Notes under the pieces: model-generated
The model's input: the letters and a program-made list of their open reading frames with translations, nothing else
Told to the model about the DNA's origin: nothing
Database searches by the model: none
Assembly: GCA_963801165.1 (NCBI GenBank)
Contig: CAWDDT010000005.1
Coordinates: 576,001 to 640,000, forward strand
DNA length: 64,000 nt
Source of the DNA: an uncultured bacterium
GTDB lineage: Bacteria; Actinomycetota; Acidimicrobiia; Spongiisociales; UBA5794
Reading direction: 5' to 3'
In this document: one piece after another, positions 56,946 to 64,000 of the stretch
Position numbering within the stretch: position 1 is the stretch's first letter
Layout of the letters: the number at the start of each line of letters is the position of its first letter
Program-made: the position numbers and the translations under genes

Positions 56946-58841
56946 TCATGGGCAGGTGGGGTATGGCTGATCGCCGAGCGTCGCTGTGTCACCGAGCCAC
57001 AACGGATACGCGGCGATGGACTCGGTGTAGTCGGCCGGGTCGAGCCCGGCGCGCAGTATCCACTCCTCGGGCGTGGGCGGCAGCTCGAGGTCAAAAGCTG
57101 CGACGATTGCATCGACAGAGGTTGCCGGGTCGGTCCATTCGGTCCAGTTCTGTCGCAGCGCCACCTCCACCTGCTCGTGGGGGAGGTCGAGCAGCTGGGC
57201 GGCGAGATCCGTCGCCGTTGGCGACCCGAGAACCCCGGCAGCCCAGTCCCGGTCACCGTAGAAGCCGTACTGGATCCACCCGAGTGCGTTCCACGGGACG
57301 GCTGGTACCGCAGCCCGATCATCATCGGGTTGATACTCGGCGAGCGCTCGGGAGGCGTCGAGCGAAGCGGCGGGACCGTGGAGGCGGATCTCCCTGTAGA
57401 TACCGGCGAGCTTGGGACTAGCCTGCGCGGCCAACCAGGCCGCCACCACCTCGCGGGCCTGGCCCTCGGCGTCGCAAGCGACCGTGATGGGATGCGGGCT
57501 GGCCTGCCGGGCTGTCGCGCCGCCTGCTGTCTTCGAAGACGCTGCGGACTGGGAGTCGCTCGGTATCGGGTCCGATTGGGTGGTCTTTGCCGGGCCGGCG
57601 GTGCTGCTCTCGACTTCGATAGGGGCAACCGGCAGACCCACCGCCCGGATGGCGACGCCGATCGCCAGCGGGGCACGGTCTGGCAGGTAGAGCGTCTCGC
57701 CAACCCGAACCGGCCGCGGGTCGGTGATGGGGCTGTCGAACAGCGTGTCGGCGCGGTCCCTCAATATCTGCATCGTGGGGTCGCTTTCCCCGGGGAATTC
57801 GTCAAAGAGCTGCGAGGGGTACGGGTGGTGCCACTGCTCCACCAGTAGTGCGGGACGATCAGCGGTCGGGATGGGGGCGACGACAGCGCCGATGGTGCTG
57901 TCCCACCAGTCGATCCAGCGCTCATAGCCGGGGAACACCTGATAGGTGACCCCGTTGCGCTCGACCGTGACCCAGTACGACGACGGGTTGGTGATCTGAT
58001 CCCAGACCTTGTTCGCCTGGGTGTCGGTGGGTGGCTTCGCCTGGACAACGCCACCGGATACAAGCAGCACGATCCCGAGGCCAACGGTCCCGAGGGGTGC
58101 CATCCGGGGCCCGTGCCGCAGAACGGAGATAGCTCCTATCAGAGCGGCCGCCCCGACTAGATAGGCGACATGTGCCCATGTCGGTCGAATCCAGAGATCG
58201 AAGCCGCCGTACCACAGCACGGTGTGCCACCAGGAGAACCAGTGTCTGGTTCCCGGGGCGTCTTGGAGGGCGATCTGGACGGCGGCGACGAGACCGAGAC
58301 CGATGAGGCCGCCGAAGCGGTTGGGGAGCCAGGTGCCGGCAGCGACCCCGGCGAGAGCGGCGATCCCGACGACGAGTGGACCGATCAGCAACTCGCCGAG
58401 ATTGGGGCTGCCGGTCCCGCCCAGCAGGTACAGGTAGACCGTGTAGACGGTGACCATCACGACGGCCAGCGGGACGACGACCAGCGACCCGAGCAGGTGG
58501 CCCAGGGTGCGGGCTCGGAGCGCGGCAGGCGCCGGCTCCTCGATCTCCAGCGTCCCGTGTCGTTGTGCCCGTGAAGTCTGCAGCTGCGCCACCAGCAGGG
58601 CGGCGCCGGACAGTGGCGCAAGCCCGAGGCCCACATAGGTCGAGTAGCCGCCGAGGTGGGGGAGTTGGTCCCGGTTGAACGACCACAGCAGGTACAGGCA
58701 GGCCGCGACTCCGATCCAGATGAGCGGATGGCGCAACGTCGACCTCGCCTCATGTCGTGCCAGCGTCGGCCAGACCCGGCCGTGCCTCGCCGCCGGTTCG
58801 CCGGGAGCGACACCGGTGCGCGGTGCGGTGGTGACCGTCAT
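56946..58841 (-). CDS. Membrane protein (ABC permease-like, with extracellular domain)
   Basis: Multi-TM N-terminal half, soluble C-terminal half; coupled within the operon. Confidence 0.65.
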   Translation of the reverse strand: MTVTTAPRTGVAPGEPAARHGRVWPTLARHEARSTLRHPLIWIGVAACLYLLWSFNRDQLPHLGGYSTYVGLGLAPLSGAALLVAQLQTSRAQRHGTLEIEEPAPAALRARTLGHLLGSLVVVPLAVVMVTVYTVYLYLLGGTGSPNLGELLIGPLVVGIAALAGVAAGTWLPNRFGGLIGLGLVAAVQIALQDAPGTRHWFSWWHTVLWYGGFDLWIRPTWAHVAYLVGAAALIGAISVLRHGPRMAPLGTVGLGIVLLVSGGVVQAKPPTDTQANKVWDQITNPSSYWVTVERNGVTYQVFPGYERWIDWWDSTIGAVVAPIPTADRPALLVEQWHHPYPSQLFDEFPGESDPTMQILRDRADTLFDSPITDPRPVRVGETLYLPDRAPLAIGVAIRAVGLPVAPIEVESSTAGPAKTTQSDPIPSDSQSAASSKTAGGATARQASPHPITVACDAEGQAREVVAAWLAAQASPKLAGIYREIRLHGPAASLDASRALAEYQPDDDRAAVPAVPWNALGWIQYGFYGDRDWAAGVLGSPTATDLAAQLLDLPHEQVEVALRQNWTEWTDPATSVDAIVAAFDLELPPTPEEWILRAGLDPADYTESIAAYPLWLGDTATLGDQPYPTCP

Positions 58842-59542
58842 CAGCTGCTCCTTCCCAGGGCCGGGACGCGAACGGCACCCCGGCTGGTTCCACTGATCCC
58901 GTATGCAATGCCGGCCCATGTCACCGTGGCGAGAACTGCCCAGCGGCGGTGGCCATCCACCCACGCCAGCCACATCGCCGATGGTGTCTCACCTGCCGCC
59001 GGGGCGATGGCAGGTGAGGGGAAGAACGACCACCGTTCGGGCAGCAACAGCAGTACAACCACCGCGGTCAGCAGTGATATCGCCGCGGCCATGCCACCTG
59101 CCTCCCGCCCCGTTCGCATGACGAGGACGGCGATCACCCACACAATGCCCACCAGAGCTGTGAACTCGAGCGTCAGGGATGTCCGGGGCAGCGCACGCAT
59201 CCCGCCCTCGGCGACCGTTCCCAGCCCTGTATTCATCCAGGAGAGAAACACCCACCAGCCGGCGGCAACCACGGGCAGGGTGACGACGAGGCGGGCAAGG
59301 CGCTGCAGGGACAGAGGCACCGGCTTGCCGTCGAGCAGGCTGACGGCCGGATCGTCGAACACGAACGCCGCCGATGCCGCAAACGCCACGCCACCGACAC
59401 GGAGCCCGAACACGAGATCGTCCGGATACGGGTTGCGGCGGGACGCCGCAAGGGCGAAGGCGCCGGCCAAACCAAGCCCGAGATGCCACCACGGGATGAG
59501 CCGCACGGTGCGGGCCACCACCCTTGGGAAGGTGCGGATCAT
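58841..59542 (-). CDS. Membrane protein (ABC permease-like)
   Basis: About six TMs and A.F.FDDPA; overlaps its neighbours. Confidence 0.6.
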   Translation of the reverse strand: MIRTFPRVVARTVRLIPWWHLGLGLAGAFALAASRRNPYPDDLVFGLRVGGVAFAASAAFVFDDPAVSLLDGKPVPLSLQRLARLVVTLPVVAAGWWVFLSWMNTGLGTVAEGGMRALPRTSLTLEFTALVGIVWVIAVLVMRTGREAGGMAAAISLLTAVVVLLLLPERWSFFPSPAIAPAAGETPSAMWLAWVDGHRRWAVLATVTWAGIAYGISGTSRGAVRVPALGRSS

Positions 59543-60357
59543 CGGGACACCTCGAAGGTGTCCCGGCGGGCCGCCAGCACTACCACTGCAGCGACGAGCA
59601 GCGCCGCAAACACGAGCTGCCCGCTCCAACCGAACTCGATGAGTGCGTTCGGGCCGAGCTCGATTGCGCCTATCCCGGCAACCCAGACCAGAACCGACCC
59701 GGCTGCGGCGGTGAGCGGCGAGACAAAGGTGCTCATGGCCAGTGTGGTCGCGGCCAGTGCCAGTGCCGGCAGGATCCAGGCCGCCGTCATCAGCCCGGCG
59801 TCGGGGAGCAGCAACGCCATCACAAACGCCAGGCTCATCGATGCGGTCACCACCGCAACCGTCCGGATCAGGAGCAAACGGAAACCGTGGAACGGAGAGG
59901 CCACCGCCACTTCGTGGGCGGGATCACCAACCGGGCCAAACGCTACGGCCACACCGGCCACCGGCACTACAGGAGCCAGCAGCAGGAACAGGAACAAGTC
60001 CGGCCGGGCACCGGTCGTCCCCGGATCGGTGTTCCATGCGATGGCCAGGGCGAAACCCAACACGGCTGTCACGGCGACCAGCCATGGGACGGTGAGCGAC
60101 GGGGTCGCCCCAGAAGCCTGCGCCAGGTGCTCGGGAACACCGGTGGCGACCAGCAGCCGCTCGATCGGGTGACGCCGCGGCGTGTCGATGTCATCGAGCG
60201 TCGACCGCCAGATCTCGTCGAGCCGGCTCCGGTCGGCGAGCGCGGTGCGACGACAGGCATCGCAGCCGGCGACGTGGGTCTCGATGGACCATGCCTGAGA
60301 AGTAGGGAGCCCGCGGGAGTAGGCCTGTAGCTGCTCGGAGGAGGGGTGCCAGGTCAT
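59539..60357 (-). CDS. zf-HC2 (ZAS) anti-sigma membrane protein
   Basis: H...L..Y...ETHVAGCDACR (HxxxCxxC) plus multiple TMs. Confidence 0.88.
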   Translation of the reverse strand: MTWHPSSEQLQAYSRGLPTSQAWSIETHVAGCDACRRTALADRSRLDEIWRSTLDDIDTPRRHPIERLLVATGVPEHLAQASGATPSLTVPWLVAVTAVLGFALAIAWNTDPGTTGARPDLFLFLLLAPVVPVAGVAVAFGPVGDPAHEVAVASPFHGFRLLLIRTVAVVTASMSLAFVMALLLPDAGLMTAAWILPALALAATTLAMSTFVSPLTAAAGSVLVWVAGIGAIELGPNALIEFGWSGQLVFAALLVAAVVVLAARRDTFEVSR

Positions 60358-60884
60358 GTCGCCAGGTCCTCTCGAAGCAAGCGGCGAGCCCGCATCATCC
60401 GCGTCTTGACGGTGCCTGCCGGTATGCCGAGCAGCGATGCGGTTTCCCGGGCGGTGAGCCCGTCGAGCACCATCGCCTGTACCACGGCCTTCAGCTCGGG
60501 CGACAACCGATCGAGGGCGGTACCGGCGTCGCTGTGCTCGATCCCGATCAGGACCTCGTCTTCGGCGGAGGCGACGACACCGGGTTTGATGAACTCGGCG
60601 ACGGTCTCCCAGCGTGAGCGGCGACGTACCCGGTCGAGCATGCGGCGGAAGGCGATACCCCACAGCCAGGCGGCGACGTCGCCGGAGCGCTGGTACGCCG
60701 ACGGCTTGCGCCACACCGCAACGAACGTGTCCTGCACCGCCTCGTTCACGATGTCCGCATCCCCGCAGCGACGCGACAGCCGTACCACCAACCACCCGGC
60801 GTGCCGTTCATACAGCTCACGTAGCGCAGCTCGATCCCGGTCGGCGATGGCCGCCAGTAGTTCGATGTCGGTTGATGCCCACAC
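60354..60884 (-). CDS. ECF sigma factor
   Basis: AL.ELY.RH, QDTF..VW, WLWGIA and GIP.GTVKTR..RAR. Confidence 0.93.
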   Translation of the reverse strand: MWASTDIELLAAIADRDRAALRELYERHAGWLVVRLSRRCGDADIVNEAVQDTFVAVWRKPSAYQRSGDVAAWLWGIAFRRMLDRVRRRSRWETVAEFIKPGVVASAEDEVLIGIEHSDAGTALDRLSPELKAVVQAMVLDGLTARETASLLGIPAGTVKTRMMRARRLLREDLAT

Positions 60885-60915
60885 CCATACTGTCGCAGCT
60901 CACCGCCGCAACGGT

Positions 60916-63429
60916 TCATGCAATCGGGCGCAGCATCTGGGCGGTTGGGGGGCGACGAGAGAACAGCGCACCGACCGCACCGGCTATCAGAGGGAGCATG
61001 ATGCCGACGACGGCGAACGCAAGCCAGGGCACGACGAACGGATAGTCCTGTCTGGACGCCAACTGGATCAGCGTGACCGGGAGAAACCCGGCAGGGATCG
61101 CCAGCCACCCCGCCAGGCCTGTGAGCAGCATCGCCCGATACCCGGCGACGAATCGTCTGGTGTTGGGAGCGGAGCCGACCGCGGTGAGGATGGCCCGATC
61201 CCGGCGTGACTCGGCTGAGACGAGTGCAACGGCGACGGCGATTATGGCCAGGGCGATCACCGCTGCAAAGCCGAGCAATGCTGCGCGGAACAGACCGGAG
61301 TCGAATTGGGTATCGGCGAAGCCGAACACGGTTAGCCCGGCAAACTGGGACGCCAATGTCTTGGCTGCGGCGAGTTGCTCGTCGGTGATCGGGGCGGCGG
61401 CACGCACAATTGTCCGGTACGGCGGGTCTGCGATGAGGCCGAGCTCGGACGCCCTTTCAGGGGAGATGATCACCGTCGGGATGTCGCCCCCGCGTTCGCT
61501 ATACAGCCCGGGCGAAGCCGCCACGGCGGGAATATCGAGGTATGCGGGGTCGAATGCTGTGCCACCGGTGGGATCCTCGAGGTGCGCAACTCCGTTTTCC
61601 ACTATTCCGTCGACCAGCACCACCGCGTCTCCTGCCTCGAGATCGTCCGTGAAGGCCTCGCCATGCACGGCGTACAGCAGGTCCGGGCCACCGATGTAGA
61701 GATTCTGCGATACGGTCATGTCGTAGGTCGTGTCGCCCTCAACGTACTCCTGTGTCGCCCCGCGTACGTATGCCGGCATGTCGCCGAAATCCGGCGGCAG
61801 GTTCCAAGCGGTAGAGAAGGAGGCATACCGAGCGGAGGCTGCAACCGCCCCCGGCAGGACCTCGTTCTCGAGCCGGTTCAGATATGCCGCAGCAGCGGGG
61901 TCGTCGGAACCGTCCGGCGCCACCGATAGTGACACCACAAGCTGGTCGCGCGCCAGATACGGGACACGGTCTTCCCGGGTGTCGGAAGACAGGGTCGCCG
62001 TGGCCACCGCGATCGGCAGGATCAGCGCAACTGTGGCGGCGGCGACGGCGGCACCGGTACGACGCCCGTGGCGGCTGGTGTCGCGGGCCGCAATGCGCGC
62101 AGCAAGGGGAAGCCGGGAGGCGGTTCGACCGATGAGCGTCACCAACAGAGGGATGGTGATCAGGAACCCAACAATGGTGAGGCCCGGTCCGGCGAAGAGC
62201 CCCAGGTCGGAGTGGGAGATCGTTCCCCACACGGTGATCGTTATACCTACGGCGATACCGATTAAACCCAACCTGGCGAACGACCCCGGTGACCGCGGGG
62301 ATGGGGTCCGGCCGGCGAGCGCATCCATCGCGGCGATCCGGGTCGCGGCGCGAGCCGGGCCACTGGCAGCCAGCAACGAAGTCGCCGTACCGAGAACGAC
62401 GGCACCGACCGGCAGCAGCCAGGGTACCGAGAGGGGCCCGGCGATCCGGTTACCGAGGCGGTCGAGAAAGCTGGTCGACGCCAACCACAGGCCGAACCCG
62501 AGCCCGGCCCCCACGCCAACCAGCGATCCGACCAAACCGAGGAGAAGACCACCGGCGCGGACGAGCGCTTTGACGTGCCTCGCTTCGGCACCGGACGCCC
62601 CGATTATCCCGATGGTGCGCAGGATCCGACGAGTGCCGACGACGAAGGCTGCGGTCGCGATCAGCCCCGTTTCCGCCAGCACGAGCGCGGCGAGACCGAA
62701 TGGCACGCCGAGAAAGACCAACGAAGACGTCGTGTCCAGCGCCGCATCGGCCCGGCGCTGGTAGCCGAGATTGAGCGCATCTGCGACGGCGGGGGCGGCC
62801 GTGTCGGACATTCCGGTCGGAAGATCGAGATAGACGCCCACCTCGTACGCATCGGGTGTGGTGGTGAGCGAGCCCGGCGGAACGATGGCGACGGGGAAAC
62901 TGAGATCCTCGGGTCTGATCACCGTGCCGACGACTGTGTACGAGATGTGTCCATCGCTTAGCTCGATCGTTTCGCCGAGCTCGACTCCGAAACGCTCGAG
63001 CACCGATGGTTCTACCGCGATCTCATCGGGCACAGCCGGGGCTCGCCCGCTTTCGACCTGGTAAATAGGCCCGAGAATCGGATCGGAGGGATCGATATCC
63101 TCGACGAGGACGAACTCGTAGGATCCGTTGACGATCGTTTCGGTGTCCCATTCATAGCGGACCGAGCCAATGGCGCCGGGGAGCCGGGCTTGCACATCGG
63201 CGAGGGCGAGCGGCTCACCCTGCGACAGCAAGGCAAAGTCGGCGCTACCCATCTCGCCTGTGGCGCTGTCCTCCGCAGTCGGAGTGATTGTGGCCATAAC
63301 GGCAGCGCCCACGGTCAACCCCATGATGGGCAGGGCGATCATGGCGACGACCAGCAGGCTCCGCCACCGGTTGCGCTTGATGTCGCGCCAGGCCATGCGG
63401 GTCAACGCCCGGCGCGCCGCCGGCTTCAC
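60916..63429 (-). CDS. FtsX-like ABC permease (two permease modules)
   Basis: RS.L...MI.LP, GR.P....E, two TM clusters and R.....L.AVG. Confidence 0.85.
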   Translation of the reverse strand: MKPAARRALTRMAWRDIKRNRWRSLLVVAMIALPIMGLTVGAAVMATITPTAEDSATGEMGSADFALLSQGEPLALADVQARLPGAIGSVRYEWDTETIVNGSYEFVLVEDIDPSDPILGPIYQVESGRAPAVPDEIAVEPSVLERFGVELGETIELSDGHISYTVVGTVIRPEDLSFPVAIVPPGSLTTTPDAYEVGVYLDLPTGMSDTAAPAVADALNLGYQRRADAALDTTSSLVFLGVPFGLAALVLAETGLIATAAFVVGTRRILRTIGIIGASGAEARHVKALVRAGGLLLGLVGSLVGVGAGLGFGLWLASTSFLDRLGNRIAGPLSVPWLLPVGAVVLGTATSLLAASGPARAATRIAAMDALAGRTPSPRSPGSFARLGLIGIAVGITITVWGTISHSDLGLFAGPGLTIVGFLITIPLLVTLIGRTASRLPLAARIAARDTSRHGRRTGAAVAAATVALILPIAVATATLSSDTREDRVPYLARDQLVVSLSVAPDGSDDPAAAAYLNRLENEVLPGAVAASARYASFSTAWNLPPDFGDMPAYVRGATQEYVEGDTTYDMTVSQNLYIGGPDLLYAVHGEAFTDDLEAGDAVVLVDGIVENGVAHLEDPTGGTAFDPAYLDIPAVAASPGLYSERGGDIPTVIISPERASELGLIADPPYRTIVRAAAPITDEQLAAAKTLASQFAGLTVFGFADTQFDSGLFRAALLGFAAVIALAIIAVAVALVSAESRRDRAILTAVGSAPNTRRFVAGYRAMLLTGLAGWLAIPAGFLPVTLIQLASRQDYPFVVPWLAFAVVGIMLPLIAGAVGALFSRRPPTAQMLRPIA

Positions 63430-64000
63430 GTGAGGCTTCCATCGAGCAGAGAGTCGGGACCGTCGACACCTACGGCCTCGTCGACCATCCGACCGTCGCG
63501 GAGAAACACAATGCGGTCGGCCCAGGCGGCGAAACGGGCGTCGTGGGTCACCAAGATCGCCGACCCTCCTGCATCGCAATGACGCCGCATCATCCGCAGC
63601 ACGGTCTCACCGGTCATAGAGTCGAGCGCACCGGTCGGCTCGTCGGCCAGCAGCACCACCCGGTCACCGACGATCGCTCTGGCGATGGCAACCCGCTGCT
63701 GCTCGCCACCCGACAGCTCCTCGGGAAAGCGGTCGGCGAGATCCCGCAACTCCACCGCTTCGAGTGCGTCGAGCGCCGCCCGGCGGGCCGCCCGGCGATG
63801 GGTACCATCGAGTTCCAGCGGCAGCGACACGTTCTCGGCGGCGGTCAGGCCTTCGATGAGGTTGTACTGCTGGAAGACGTACCCGATCCGGATTCGCCGC
63901 AGCCTCGCCAGCTCCGAGTACGACAGCGAAGCCAGGTCGGTGCCCTCCACCTCGACCACGCCATCGGTTGGCCGATCGAGACCACCGGCGAGGGAGAGGA
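63426..64000 (-). CDS. ABC ATP-binding protein (LolD-like), 5' end outside the window
   Basis: IGYVFQ.YNL, LSGGEQQR, ADEPTGALD and VTHD. Confidence 0.92.
   Translation of the reverse strand, partial: LSLAGGLDRPTDGVVEVEGTDLASLSYSELARLRRIRIGYVFQQYNLIEGLTAAENVSLPLELDGTHRRAARRAALDALEAVELRDLADRFPEELSGGEQQRVAIARAIVGDRVVLLADEPTGALDSMTGETVLRMMRRHCDAGGSAILVTHDARFAAWADRIVFLRDGRMVDEAVGVDGPDSLLDGSLT

Noticed and set aside
53553-64000. PadR/ABC and ECF/zf-HC2/ABC operons as a novel system
   Set aside because: These are common actinobacterial arrangements with nothing unusual visible.

Overview
High-GC actinobacterial chromosome segment. Gene style and the large SRP RNA suggest Acidimicrobiia-like; this is inference. 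Left part (1-16.3 kb): housekeeping, with fhaA-fhaB-(orphan histidine kinase)-pstP-rodA/ftsW, an MFS transporter, GH65, tRNA-Leu, serS, a methyltransferase, a large Alu-type SRP RNA, tadA, a GH5-like lipoprotein and three tRNA-Ser genes. Middle: a ~19.7 kb integrative mobilizable element sits in tRNA-Ser(TGA), bounded by a 58-bp att repeat (16307/35961). It encodes an integrase and a MobF relaxase. Its cargo is a second tyrosine recombinase split by an IS256, an ECF sigma/anti-sigma/secreted crystallin-like module, a secreted-peptide plus ABC export cluster, two vapBC pairs and an HNH nuclease separated by repeated hybrid sites. A relic mazEF mini-island follows. Right part: chemoreceptors, a second ECF/anti-sigma/secreted-protein module, a serpin, msrB, tRNA-Ser(GCT), ndh and several ABC operons. 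Best candidates for undescribed biology: (i) back-to-back ECF-type promoters, one apparently driving a structured sRNA whose loop is complementary over 17 nt to the RBS of the divergent secreted-protein gene; (ii) recombinase-linked repeated sites that appear to delimit toxin-antitoxin cassettes. All family calls come from motif recognition by eye; no database searches were run.
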